From Nematocida ausubeli (taxonomy: Eukaryota), in the NCBI RefSeq assembly GCF_000738915.1, contig NW_026515634.1, positions 599,156 through 663,155 of the forward strand: a DNA stretch of 64,000 bases, written 5' to 3'. Under the pieces are notes generated by a model. That model was not told where the DNA came from, ran no database searches, and saw only the letters and a program-made list of their open reading frames with translations. Made by a program: the position numbers and the translations under genes. Shown here piece by piece: positions 1 to 11,615 of this stretch; within the stretch, counting starts at the first letter, position 1, and every line of letters starts with the position of its first letter.

Positions 1-804
1 GCTTTCAGGCGGCCTTATAATAAACTGGTCTTCCATGCGAAAAATAAAAGTGGAAAAGTAAAATAATTTGCTGTGTCTGCTGGAGGGCATTCTGGCATAT
101 ATAGACTAGCTACGCACTCGGATATCATATAAGTGCAAGATATATATTGTATAATCTCTTCAACTACATGGTAGTTATGTCTGTTCCTTGTTTAGGCAAT
201 ACTTGCATTCTGCGTCTTTAAATATTCACAGATGCCTCTTTTAATGAGTCTAGCAGATGAACTTTCATACAAAAGATCTGGTAGCTTTGGTGCTCTTTTG
301 TTTTGTGCTTTCTCTCTGGACTCTTTCTCTTAGAAAATCCCATGGTCTTGAAATATGAGTATTTTGTGCCTTTTGCAAGTATTAGTTAAAGTGCCTATAA
401 TAATATGGGAAGAAAAGAGGTAAAATCCATGAGAATGAAGCTAATCTAACTGAATCATTTATTTAATTATTATGGCAGCGAGTAATAATAGACTTGATTT
501 TTATTGAATCTACATTCTCTGTTTATAAATTCATTTTAGAGCAATCTTCGCATATAATCATCTGCTTGCAAAATATATAAGAAATATCTTGCTTTTCTTG
601 CAGACCAAAAATCAGCAACTCTTTGTTTATATACTGCTGATGGTCACCCAAACCTGTTTAGCAGAGATATTTAATGTGCATATACCAGGTGCCATAGTAT
701 ATGCAAGTCATAGCTTCAGATACCCATATCTATGTATTGTTACAACTCTTTATTGCAGAAACTAAAATATACGCTGCAGAGCACCTTGCTTCTTTTCGCT
801 CTGC

Positions 805-2037
805 TTATTCCTCATCCCACTCTTCATCAATCCATGTAAAGCCAGGCACAGTTGTTCTTCCACTTTCGTTATCTATGCTCACAGTTTCTTCTATTTCTGG
901 CTCCTTGATCTTTTGCTTTTCTTCTATTTCTAGCTGTATAACATACTCTTTGTTTCTTATTTTGTCCCAGTCTATGTTGGCTAGCCATGGGTGTGCAGCT
1001 ATTTCTTTATGGCATATTCTTTTTGTAGGGTCTTTCTTTGTCAGCTTGCTGATGATGTCCACTATGTGCGCATCTATATCTGGGTACTCTATCTCCTCGT
1101 AGAGTATCTTGTTTTTCAGATCATCCTCGTCCTCGTTGTCAGTTATTCTATGCGGTGTGTGCCCCACAACCATTTCATACAGAAGTATACCAAGAGTGTA
1201 GTAGTCGTATTTGCTTGTGTATCTCTTGGAGCTTTTTGTGTGCGTAAGAGCCTCTGGTGGCATGTACTCCAGCGTGCCCGATGTGTTGTTTATGGCGGGG
1301 CTGTCGCTGCTAGACTCTACTGATATATCCAAGTCGCACAGAAGTATGTGGTTGTTTGGCCCAATAAGAATGTTTTCCGGCTTTATGTCTCTGTATATAA
1401 TGTTTTTGCTGTGCATATGCTCCAGAACAATCAGAAGCTCGCAGAAGTATATTTTAATTGCATACTGTGGAAGTATGCTCAAAATAGTAAACAGGTCAAA
1501 TCTGTAGTATGGGAGAATCAGAAAGAGCTCTGTCTGAGACTGAAAAGAAAGCAGAAGAGTGATAAGAAAAGGCGACTTCTTCAACTTAACAAGAAGGTTC
1601 CTCTCGTTGATGATGTTTTTGGTGTTCTTGGACTTCTTTATGATCTTGCATGCATATAGGCGATTGGACTGGTTATACCGCACTAGATACACCTTGGAGG
1701 TGCTCTGTCCCAGGAGCCGGATACGCGTAAAGTCGCTTTCCTTTATCTTTACTTTGCTCTTTGTTACTTTAATCTGCATCTCCATGTTCCGGGTCACTAT
1801 GATTCGGTCCTTTACACTGTACGGTATTTTATTTATGTATATTACACTTGTATTGCTGAATATATCGTATTTGGTCGATAGATTTGTTGGGCTCAGTACA
1901 ACTTCCATTGTGTTGTACTCTACTCTGACTGATTTGTTGTATCTCATGTGCGTTAGAGATATCTCAATGACACCCATTGAAATTGGCTCTTTTTCTCCTG
2001 GTGCGAAGTACTCTGTTATAGAAGAAAGAAATTTCAT
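805..2037 (-). CDS. AGC-family Ser/Thr protein kinase (Sch9/Ypk/S6K/Akt-like)
   Basis: YACKII (VAIK lysine), YRDIKPEN, GTLEYMPPE, DYYTLGILLYEM, HPW...IDWDK and C-terminal hydrophobic motif PGFTW. ATG at 2037 (MKFL) preferred over the non-ATG track start. Confidence 0.85.
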   Translation of the reverse strand: MKFLSSITEYFAPGEKEPISMGVIEISLTHMRYNKSVRVEYNTMEVVLSPTNLSTKYDIFSNTSVIYINKIPYSVKDRIIVTRNMEMQIKVTKSKVKIKESDFTRIRLLGQSTSKVYLVRYNQSNRLYACKIIKKSKNTKNIINERNLLVKLKKSPFLITLLLSFQSQTELFLILPYYRFDLFTILSILPQYAIKIYFCELLIVLEHMHSKNIIYRDIKPENILIGPNNHILLCDLDISVESSSDSPAINNTSGTLEYMPPEALTHTKSSKRYTSKYDYYTLGILLYEMVVGHTPHRITDNEDEDDLKNKILYEEIEYPDIDAHIVDIISKLTKKDPTKRICHKEIAAHPWLANIDWDKIRNKEYVIQLEIEEKQKIKEPEIEETVSIDNESGRTTVPGFTWIDEEWDEE

Positions 2038-2649
2038 AGAATTCAGTAGGGGATAGAAACAGAAGAAATATAAATAAATAAATGCGTGCGCTAAAGATAA
2101 ACAATAACAGATCAAAATATATATTATAATTCTTGTCAGATAGAAAGTGCGTTAATGCCAAAAAATCCATGCAAATTTATTTAGGAACTTCCATACTGCA
2201 TTCGCTGTAATTTTCTATAATTCTTAGCAGGAAGTATTTTTCTGTAAAAGACTCTTATCCATAGGAAACAGCAATTTCAGTATATATTGCCACTTTCCAT
2301 GTATACAGCACTTTTTAGTGGCATAGTGCAATAACAGAGCTCCATGTGCTCTGTTTAGAATCTAACAGCATATATGCTATCATTTACTCTGCCGCCACGA
2401 AACAGAATACATAATAATTGAATCTGTCTCTTTGAGAGGCTAAGTAAAATAGCATTCTAATTAGTTTAAATAGATTTATTAAGATAGAATGTCTCCTTTT
2501 CAAACTATCTAAACAAATTGAGTTTAAAACAAAGACAGTGCTTAAAATGACATCTTCTAAGAAACTAACAGAGAGTATAGTTATAGAGTATGTAAAAATA
2601 TTATTTCCTCAAAACATTCTTACTATGACAGTAGGTTCCAAAATACAAT

Positions 2650-2940
2650 TGTGGTAAGATCTCAGATCATTATTCTGAGACCACAATAATCCATCAATGA
2701 TAATTTCACTTTCTGAAAGATTCTTCGTATACCAGAAGACTACTCTACTAAATTGTAAGAAAATATTGAAATAAGTGGCACAAGTCAACAATAAGAAATA
2801 CACCCAACACAAATACAAAAGGCTGCAGTCAGCAGAGTCCTCCGCAGAGTTATGATAATAAAACTTTCTTCCTAACTACTCTATATATTTTATACTACTA
2901 TCTCCTGGCTGAAATGTTGCCTCCTTTTAGGCCTGTCACC
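2650..2940 (+). mobile_element. Solo-LTR-like dispersed repeat, copy A
   Basis: Starts TGTGGTAA, ends TGTCACC; aligns by eye with copies at 14615, 15101(-), 36851, 55286(-); AATAAA near 2857. Confidence 0.6.
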
Positions 2941-3712
2941 TTCTGTTATTTATTTTACTTATGAATACATGCTATATATTTTACACTTTTTCTACTTTCC
3001 ATATATATGTAAAAAATAAACTCTTCTGTATTTTGTGTGTAAATATTAGATAGAAGGCTTATTTCCTCTAAAAAAAGACGAAAGCACAGGAAAATCAAAA
3101 AAACTGCACAATTCAAAGACCCAGCCGGGCGCTGACACCACACAGAGGAGCTTAATACACAAAACAGGCTATGTATGCCCAGCACATAGAGAGCACAACC
3201 AGAGTGCCACAGCAGCAATACTATAGATTATACCAAAGGAAGAATACACGTATAGCAGCATGTAAATACATTCATGTAAGCACACTATAAACAGCACACT
3301 CTTGCTCCACAGTCAACTTACAGCCACAGCAAATGAGTGCTTGTGCTGTATTGCAATACTGCAGGTCATCCGGGCTGTTTATGCATGGAGCAGCACAGTA
3401 GCATCACCACAACACACACTCTGCTCTGTAGTAGTAAAGTATACAAGTAGAGGACAGAAGTAGAAAACAGTGTGCAGAAATAAAATAAAAAAGGAGTAAA
3501 TGCATGTGTCTTTATTGTTTTTTGTGTTGTTAATATACGCGTAGAGACAGTTCATTTAGAGGAGTTTAATAGGAGCTTAGGATATTCAGGCCTGTCTGCG
3601 GGGTTGTTTTATCTGTTTGTGCAGGCAGGATGGGCTTATGTGTGTGCCAGGAATACTATGCGAAGAGTTTAAAGTGCTTCTTGCTAGGCGCCCAGATTTC
3701 AGTGCGGGCCGT

Positions 3713-3807
3713 GATGAGTTTAACTTACCTTGATGAATTTAAGTTATCCGAAGAGCTTAAGTTGTCTCGATGAAGTTAAAGGCACCTCGAAGAGCTTAAG
3801 GTATCTG
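3713..3807. repeat. Degenerate ~19-bp tandem repeat (GAWGARYTTAA core), 5 units
   Basis: Units start at 3713, 3732, 3750, 3769, 3789; a further related unit at 3662. Confidence 0.75.
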
Positions 3808-4611
3808 CCTGTGCGCGAGTGCACACATAGGAGAACTAGCAAGTGATTCCTGTGTTTCCTTTGGAATATTTTTACAGATTTATGCTCTATTTATACTTAT
3901 ATTTTGGAAAATAGACCTTAATTTAACCGTTCTGGATGCCTGCAATCTCCCCCAAAGCGCGCATATACTTTTTAATATACAAGAAGACTCGCTCTAACGT
4001 GAGTATAGACCGGTCTATGAGGGGTAGGACTCCAATATGCCCGAGTAAGGGTAAATTGCGCAGGGTTCGCGCAGCCTGGCTGTGTGCCTCACACACAGAG
4101 GGTATAGCGCAGAGCACAGATGCTATACTCTGATATGCAGTATATAAGCAGTGAATATAAACAGACCGGCTGGATTGAATATCTAATACTGCACTACTAG
4201 CCAGAGTACAGACAGAGTTGAGAGATGTGGGCGCACTCTTTTTGTTGCTCTCTTTATGGCATGTGCAAGTTATAGAGAGTAGGGCCCTTTCACAGAACAG
4301 TCTGCAGCCTCTGCCTCTCGGACACAGCTACCCTTCTAGGAGCTCTGCCGTACACACACATATGCAGAGTGTCTCTGCCCTCGCTGCAGTATGGATGCGC
4401 ACACCCTTTCTGGGCAGGAGACCCATCTCAAAAAAAACACCTGAGAAAATATTTTTTGCAGGGGCGCTCTACAGGGCAAAACACAGGAATTTCGGGGAAA
4501 ATGCCCCCTTCCTTCGGTTTGCAGGGGCAAAAAAGTGCGGGGAGAGAAATTGCTGACGAAAAAGGAAAAAAATAAAATGCGGTCTATAAATACGCGAAAA
4601 CTCTGTCTTTT

Positions 4612-4763
4612 ATTCGCAGTGCGAGAGACTTCTCAGCCACAGACGCATAACAGTCGGGTCTGGAAACACTCAGTGCTGTGGGTCAGCGCGGATGTAAAGC
4701 ACCACTGGCGGGCATTTGGGCTGGCAGGGAAGTGGTGTGGGGGCCAGTAGGCCGAGGCCCCCT
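4612..4763 (+). ncRNA. Candidate structured non-coding RNA (family unknown)
   Basis: TATAAATA at 4585-4592; helices CCACAG/CTGTGG, GTCAGC-G-CGGATGT/GCATTTG-G-GCTGGC, CACCACT/AGTGGTG, GGGGGCC/GGCCCCC, with G-U pairs that work only on the + strand. Confidence 0.4.
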
Positions 4764-6249
4764 TATATATTAATCTCTTCATTGGCACAAGAACCTTGGG
4801 CAGGGCTGGCATATAGGTATATAGTACTTAGAAAAGAACAAGAATGTTGTTAAGGAGAAAGAAAGTGCTGTGTAGAATGCTTGTAGTATAAAAGAGGAGG
4901 CTAGTGGATTATAGCATATGTCTTAAGAAACACTTTATATGTAGTGCATTTACAAAAAAGCCAAGTTTTCCTTAATTAGAATTAGTTGACATCTAAGCAT
5001 AGTAGCAGTTCACTTTTCATTGTATACATATGCCTGCATGACATAACAAAATATCTTCTAACTATCTTTAAACCTACTTAGTGTACACCAAGTTGTTTGG
5101 GTATAAAATATATAGAAAAAAGGCAGCTCAAAGGAAAACATTCAGATTTTTCTTAAAGTATAATATCATTATATGTTTCATTTGTGGGGTTTATTTAACA
5201 GCGAATCTACTATAGTCTATATTGTGTCCACACACTTATATATATGTATGATTTACATATAATTCGGGTTATATACATGCATACACAAAGTACAGCAAAT
5301 TGGTATCTTATAATACTTAAGCTACTTCCTTGATGCATTGTAGCCTTGTTATGAATATTTGAACTAGCTAGTTTTCTGGACTATTGCCTGTATATATAAC
5401 TTGCCATATTCTTTTGTTTTGTGCTAGAAAACAAACTGCTGAAATTGGCATAGAGAAGAACTAGGGCAGAAAAATCAACTGTCATAAGATTTATTATCAG
5501 AAAAAAACTGACTAAAGCATAATTTAGCATTATTAGGCATGATTGTCAGGTTAGAGAAATATTTGTAGAGTGCATTTGTACATGTATGAAAATGAAGTAC
5601 TTTGAGAGATATGTCTATGTTATTTGCACTTTTTCACACAGGATCACAATTTCTTTCACTTATAGAGAGAAGTGCTAGTCCATAATTTCACCTATTTTCC
5701 TAGCATATTTTGTATTATAGAATCTTATAGGAGCCACTGAACTCAAAAGAAAATTTTATACAAAAGTTCTCTCTAGTAAACAAAAAGGTTCTAAATACAT
5801 CCCAAAAGCCAGGCTGATATCTAACACGTATATCTAAAAATCACTTTAGTAGTTTGCTGGAAAAAGTAGTTTAGACAATCATTAGTTTAATCTGCTGCGT
5901 TCTAGAAAAGCTATCTGCGGTGATATCCTGTGGTGGGGTTTATGTGTATGTAAACATAATATAAAAAGACTACAAACAGTGAATAAGGAAGAGAGAGTAT
6001 GTACTTGTATATGTAGCGAAGACACAGACTTTGTAGGAGGCTACTTCTGGGGAGAACTATGTATAGTATATATAGCTCAAATAAGAATGCATGTGTATAG
6101 ACCCCAAGTGGGTTCCACATAGAGCTTGCCATCTATTATTACATACACATATTTGTAACTATGTATATATGCAACAAATAAAGAAATTTCCTATACAACG
6201 GCTAGCATGGGATGTATTTATAATTTTCTTTGCAATATTTTTTTGTATA

Positions 6250-8577
6250 ATGGAGTTGGAATGTAGTCTTTCAAACCTCGCAAGCATTATTGGAGTATTG
6301 AAAAAGAATGCGACGCCGCAGGAGCAAGAAAAATTGCTGCCTTATATAGAAAACTCAGACAGACTAAATATGGTATTTCAGAGGCTGCAGGAAGAAGACT
6401 CGTTGGGAAGATTCTATTGCTTAATTCTTCTGCAAAAAAGTCTTGGCATGCGACGGACAGAATATGATTTGGACGAGTTTTTGTCCAAAATTCAGTATTT
6501 AATGGAGTCTATCAATTTCACAAGCTCCGTTGAGATATCCAAAATGGCATCGCTGTACTCAACAGCCGCGCTGTTTTACTGGCCAGTTAAAATGCCGCAT
6601 TTTGTCGGCACGCTGTACTCGCTTATCATGAACAGAAGCAATCTATGCATGCCCGTGCTCAAGAACTTTCTGCAGCTTGTGAACAACTCTTTGGACGTTA
6701 CCGAAGAAAGAAGATACGAGCTGAAAAAGTCAATCGGCAAGATAGAAAACGATCTTATGCTGAAGATGTACCAGTATGGCACAAGAACCGATATGCTTGA
6801 GCTCATTCTGCTGATGAACCAGATAGACATCATTAATGAGAGCGTCTTTGTGGAAATGTTTAAAACGCTTGATGGAAGCAGCGAGACACTGCAGGTTCTG
6901 CCGTTTTTCATTGAAAACATCAACATTAATAACAACAGCAATATATTCTACACAGTTTTGGCGTATCTGTGCTCTACAAAAAGCATGCTCTCGATAGAGT
7001 TCATCAGCAACAATATAAACATAATAGAGAACACCAACAATAAAGACGTTCTGCTTGTATATAAGATAGTCACGGATGCTGTGCAGCGAATTGACATCTT
7101 TGACGCGCCGGAGGTCGATAGAATTCTAAAGGTATTCCTAAGGCTGATCAAGTATTACTTTAAGGATAAAAATTCAAAAGACTTTAAGGATCTTTGCATC
7201 ATTATGCCAGCAGATTATGATACATACATTCTGAATATAATCAACACAGCAGGAAGGTTTGCAACGGGCGAGGACGAGAGCAAGTCAATAAACGACTCTA
7301 TGCTTGCAATAGTTGGAGCGCTGGCAGGCGAAATGCGGGAGGAGACCACAGCTTTGTTTAGAAAATACTATATAACGCTGCCAGTAGGTGTTTTGGAGGT
7401 TCTGATCAAGTGCATTTTATACCCGATTCCAACAGGGAATGCGTATCTGGATCTAAAGCAGAGCATTTCCTTTAAGAACTGTGGGGACATATCTCGGCTA
7501 ATTGGGGAGGTAGATCTTAAAACAGCAAAAGAGTGCGCTGCAGTTCGAGAGGCTCTGGAGATCCTCTATGCAGAGGTGCTGATGCAGGAAGAGCAGGTGA
7601 TTGCCCTATACAAAAGATGCCTGATGATAAACAACTATTATAGCATTGACCTGGCTGTTTCAATAGGAGTGATTCTAAACAGAGACGATCTTATTGTAAA
7701 TTCAGTTCAGGAGTTCACAGGAAAAGGAGTGGTTGCGTTTATCAGCATAGTGGAGAAGTGTAGTAGGCTTGTTTACAAGCTGTTTGAGCAGTTCAAAGGG
7801 CACGTCCTTCAAAAGAGCGGAGACATGATAAACGAAATTGAGGCGGCATGCAAGCTGCTGGAAATGGAGACATCCCGAGTGAAAGGAAATAGCAAGTATA
7901 AAGTGGATGCAATTGACGTGTTTGGCAGAGAAATACTTGAGAAAATATTCCTGCGCATTGATGTAGGGTTCTTTGTAGAGCTTCGAAAGATTACTAAATT
8001 GCTCCCATATCTGAAAGACAGAGTGCATGAGGCATTTATACAGAAAATCTGGGCCCGGATGAAGAATGAGCTAGAGCAGCAGATGGCTTCTGGAGAGTAT
8101 GAAAACAATAATGCAATGCAGAGCATAATAAGCACAATCGCTGCAGAGTGCAAAACCGCGCAGGAGGCGCAGGTTCTGTACGAAATCGTTGAAAATGATG
8201 AGTACTCAGCAAGAGGCGTGCTGTCCGGGATAAAGAATGTTTTAGACAATATTGAAAGAAATGAGTACTATAATCAGGTGATGAGTGCAATGATAAGCAT
8301 TTTAGTAAGTATCTATGTGTCACACTCGGATGAAAACACACGTGCAACAGTTGTAGGATTGATAATAGAGAACAATGACCGCATCCTAACAATGCAGATG
8401 ATGTACGAGGTAGATCTGGCCGAAATATATGCAGTGAAAGAAAAGAGAGTGGTAATGAAGAAGGTACTTCGGCAGATTGAAGGGATCAGTGAGAAACAGG
8501 GTGCGCTACTGAAAAAGCCAAAAAAGATCGAGGCTAGCGAGGATCGATGGAGCGAAATAACAACGCCCTTTATGTAG
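6250..8577 (+). CDS. Karyopherin-beta/exportin-like HEAT-repeat protein
   Basis: Long helical ORF; N-terminal RFYCLILLQK and YWPVKMPHF resemble importin-N/Xpo1 domain features. ATG 6250 preferred. Confidence 0.55.
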   Translation: MELECSLSNLASIIGVLKKNATPQEQEKLLPYIENSDRLNMVFQRLQEEDSLGRFYCLILLQKSLGMRRTEYDLDEFLSKIQYLMESINFTSSVEISKMASLYSTAALFYWPVKMPHFVGTLYSLIMNRSNLCMPVLKNFLQLVNNSLDVTEERRYELKKSIGKIENDLMLKMYQYGTRTDMLELILLMNQIDIINESVFVEMFKTLDGSSETLQVLPFFIENININNNSNIFYTVLAYLCSTKSMLSIEFISNNINIIENTNNKDVLLVYKIVTDAVQRIDIFDAPEVDRILKVFLRLIKYYFKDKNSKDFKDLCIIMPADYDTYILNIINTAGRFATGEDESKSINDSMLAIVGALAGEMREETTALFRKYYITLPVGVLEVLIKCILYPIPTGNAYLDLKQSISFKNCGDISRLIGEVDLKTAKECAAVREALEILYAEVLMQEEQVIALYKRCLMINNYYSIDLAVSIGVILNRDDLIVNSVQEFTGKGVVAFISIVEKCSRLVYKLFEQFKGHVLQKSGDMINEIEAACKLLEMETSRVKGNSKYKVDAIDVFGREILEKIFLRIDVGFFVELRKITKLLPYLKDRVHEAFIQKIWARMKNELEQQMASGEYENNNAMQSIISTIAAECKTAQEAQVLYEIVENDEYSARGVLSGIKNVLDNIERNEYYNQVMSAMISILVSIYVSHSDENTRATVVGLIIENNDRILTMQMMYEVDLAEIYAVKEKRVVMKKVLRQIEGISEKQGALLKKPKKIEASEDRWSEITTPFM

Positions 8578-9467
8578 AAACATCTATTAATAAATGCAGC
8601 GGGTGATATATTAGTATTTCTTTAAGCATCTTCTCTATATCGCGCTACCTATATATTGCAGTGTATTTAAATAAAGTTTTGCATATTATGGGCTCTAATG
8701 AGCGAAAGCTACTTTAGTTTTGCGAAGTATTGAAACTGTATATATTGGAGTGCTCTATGCACCGGAAAGCACCAAAGGGGTATCTTTTATTGGGCACAGC
8801 AGTTTAAACTAGAAATGGAAGCGCAGTGAACTGATTGGTTAAATAGAAAATCAAAAGAGCAAACAGTTTCTCTTGTTGACTGTTTAAGCGAGATGGAATT
8901 TTAAGCTAAGTTTAGCAATAGCTTTCCTTAAGAGATCAAGTAGCAAGAAAATTAAAATAATTTGTATATCGATCGATGCTACTAAGAGTAGAAATTTGGC
9001 AGTTTAAGATTCCAAATTAGACAATACTCAAAATGTTTAGACAAATAAGAAGTATTCTTCAGAGTAGAGCTATGGACAAAAGGGAAAGAGAAACTAAAAA
9101 CGAAGTTAATAATGTATATCCACTAGTTAAACAATTGGTAGCAGGTAAGAATTGTGCGTGGGTATAACTATAGATTGTACAGCATGTAAACAAAGGCATA
9201 TTAAATATAGAGACAGATATTTTATGAGGTTACAGCAATGCTGCTGCATGCTTTAGCAGTACAGCTAGTAGCCAAGCAAAAAGCACTTTTCAATAAACCT
9301 ATAGGACTTCAAGAATTGCGTTTGCATAGAGCTCTTTTCTTTTTGCTGCTACTCTGTGCTGTCTTGTATATGCGTACTTATTTATTTTCCAAATGTCTTT
9401 TTATGCATCTGTGGTTTGCATACAGCATGCTATAAAACACAATAAAATTTTTAAGCTAGTGAGTTGG

Positions 9468-11615
9468 ATGCAGTCGGTGAGTGAAGCAATAAAAATACAG
9501 CCTGTGTACAACACGCAAGGCATCTGTATGATAGACGGTGTGCTTTACACGGGGTATGAAAACGTGCTTTTTGGAAGCAATGGACAAAACTCTGTTGTCC
9601 TGCAGCTTGAGCTAGAGAGCGAAATAGTAAAAATATTCCAAGTGTACAACAAAATTTTGATATCAACAATTACTGGAAAGGTGTATCTATACAATCCAGA
9701 AGAGAAAGAAGCAAGGCCAGCCTGCGTGTTTAGCAATATGGTCATCAAAAGCATTGACTTAGATGGCGAAGCAATCCTTATAGGAACAGCGGATGGGCTG
9801 ATTATACTTAGCGACATAAATGGCTACGGAGTGACAATGACCAAAAAGCTGGAGGGCACAGCTACTGCAGTTAGGTTCGTGCAGATGAAAGGTGCAAAGA
9901 GAAAGTACACTACAAGTAACAAGCTTATGGTGGCAGGTGATGTGATGGGGACAATTACAATGTATACCACAGCAGGGGATGTAGTTTACCGGGAGGCAAA
10001 CTGCCATTCTGGAAATGTTGTATTCATTGGAGAGCTGGGTGACAGAATTCTCAGCTGCGGGATGGACGGATTCATAATAGAGCACTCTATAGGAGAGGAA
10101 ACGATAGTTCGAAACATCAGTGGAGCCATGCAAGATGGAATTAGCGCGTGTGCTGTATACAATAACAGGATGATTCTGTGCGGAAAAGACATGTTTGTAA
10201 CTCTGTCTGAAAATCTAAAGATTATTAGCAAAAAAGCCATGGACATCCCGTCTATAGAGAGCTTTGATATTTTTGGAGAGTACTGTGTGATTACCACCGA
10301 AGAGCATGATATTTTGGTGGCTAGCATTGTTGAGGATGAGCTGGTGGTTGAAAAGGTTATTGTTGGCAACAATGATGAGATCACGGATCTTTTGGTGCTG
10401 GATAGCATTGTTGTGGTCAGCACAAACAGCAGATACATTCGCACAATTAGCAAAAGCGACATTGAGCGAGAGAGTGCAAACGAAAAGGCAGACCACAAGG
10501 TGTTTTCAGGAGAGCTGGTTAAGTCGCAGAATGAGGAATATGTGCTCTCTATGTGCGGGACGAACAAGGCATTTTATACAGGCAGCAAAGACGGAGTTAT
10601 CTCGCAGTTTAGTGTGATTTCTGGGAATATACGAGACAGCGTGAAGCTAGTGCATAGCATATCAGTAGAGGCGCCGATCACTGCAATGTGCATCTACCAG
10701 GACACTCTGATCACTGGAACAGAGCAAGGAATCATAAGTGGATGGAAAGTGTCAAGCAAGCTTGAGCAGATATTTACAGCAGCAGCAAGCACCACAGAAA
10801 TAACAGGAATAGTTGTGAATAACAAAAAGATCCACTGCACCAGCAAGAACAAGGAGATTAAAGTGATAAACATGAGCGGCGGGGTAGACAGCGCAGTGTC
10901 TGGCCATAAGAAAGGGCTGTGGTCAATATCAGAGCACAGCCAGATGCTTCTCACAGGATCAAGCGATAAGACTGCAAGGTTGTGGAAGGGCGATATTAAC
11001 AGCACGCTGCAGCACAACACCTCTGTGGTCAGAACACTTCTTACAGAGAGGGCAATAACCGCAACATCTGATGGAGTTGTACGCATTTGGAACATAACGA
11101 ATTACAAAGAGCTTGGCGCACTCCGGATTACAGAAGCCAAAGACGAGAGGATCTGGGCAATAAAGCGGTACAGAGACACTCTTTACATTGTGTCTGCAGG
11201 ACCTGCCATTGTAATCATCAAGGACAACACGCTGGAAGTAGAGAAGATGAAGGAGCAGACGCAGAAAGAGGAGTACGTTGCAAAGCAGCATGCTCTGATA
11301 TTCATGAAGAAAGGAGAGTATGTGCATGCAGCTGTGGAATACTATAAGCTGAATCTAGAGAAAGACCTAAGAAGCACACTCAGGAAGATTGATGAATCAA
11401 TGGACATATCGCTGCTTATGGATGCACTTCTTCTTGATGTTCCAAAGTTCGTCAAATACATTGTAAAGTGGGCCAAATCTCCGCCTCTATTTACTATCAC
11501 GCAGCGCATTCTCAAGGACGCCATTGAAAAAAGAACTGTGATTCCAAGGAAAGAGGCAGAGGATCTTTCGCAGACACTTGCAAGAACAGCCGAGCTGTTT
11601 AATGCAGCATACTAA
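9468..11615 (+). CDS. UTP13: U3 snoRNP WD40 protein Utp13/TBL3
   Basis: Multiple WD40 repeats (GHKKGLWS, SSDKTARLW, SDGVVRIW), GNNDEITDL motif and a Utp13-type helical C-terminal domain. Confidence 0.75.
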   Translation: MQSVSEAIKIQPVYNTQGICMIDGVLYTGYENVLFGSNGQNSVVLQLELESEIVKIFQVYNKILISTITGKVYLYNPEEKEARPACVFSNMVIKSIDLDGEAILIGTADGLIILSDINGYGVTMTKKLEGTATAVRFVQMKGAKRKYTTSNKLMVAGDVMGTITMYTTAGDVVYREANCHSGNVVFIGELGDRILSCGMDGFIIEHSIGEETIVRNISGAMQDGISACAVYNNRMILCGKDMFVTLSENLKIISKKAMDIPSIESFDIFGEYCVITTEEHDILVASIVEDELVVEKVIVGNNDEITDLLVLDSIVVVSTNSRYIRTISKSDIERESANEKADHKVFSGELVKSQNEEYVLSMCGTNKAFYTGSKDGVISQFSVISGNIRDSVKLVHSISVEAPITAMCIYQDTLITGTEQGIISGWKVSSKLEQIFTAAASTTEITGIVVNNKKIHCTSKNKEIKVINMSGGVDSAVSGHKKGLWSISEHSQMLLTGSSDKTARLWKGDINSTLQHNTSVVRTLLTERAITATSDGVVRIWNITNYKELGALRITEAKDERIWAIKRYRDTLYIVSAGPAIVIIKDNTLEVEKMKEQTQKEEYVAKQHALIFMKKGEYVHAAVEYYKLNLEKDLRSTLRKIDESMDISLLMDALLLDVPKFVKYIVKWAKSPPLFTITQRILKDAIEKRTVIPRKEAEDLSQTLARTAELFNAAY

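Noticed and set aside
2609..2818. Short ORF similar to ORF 55107-55310, suggesting a peptide family
   Set aside because: The similarity comes from the antisense strand of the LTR-like repeat; both have non-ATG starts.
3723..3730. ACTTACCT matching the U1 snRNA 5' end
   Set aside because: It lies inside a tandem repeat unit and no U1 stem-loops follow.
4628..4733. TPP riboswitch, SRP helix 8 or HDV ribozyme assignment for the structured segment
   Set aside because: Only fragments match (GCAGGGAAGT; GGTCAG...AAGCA); the invariant CTGAGA/CCTGA, CAGG/AGCAG and P3/P4 elements are missing on the + strand.
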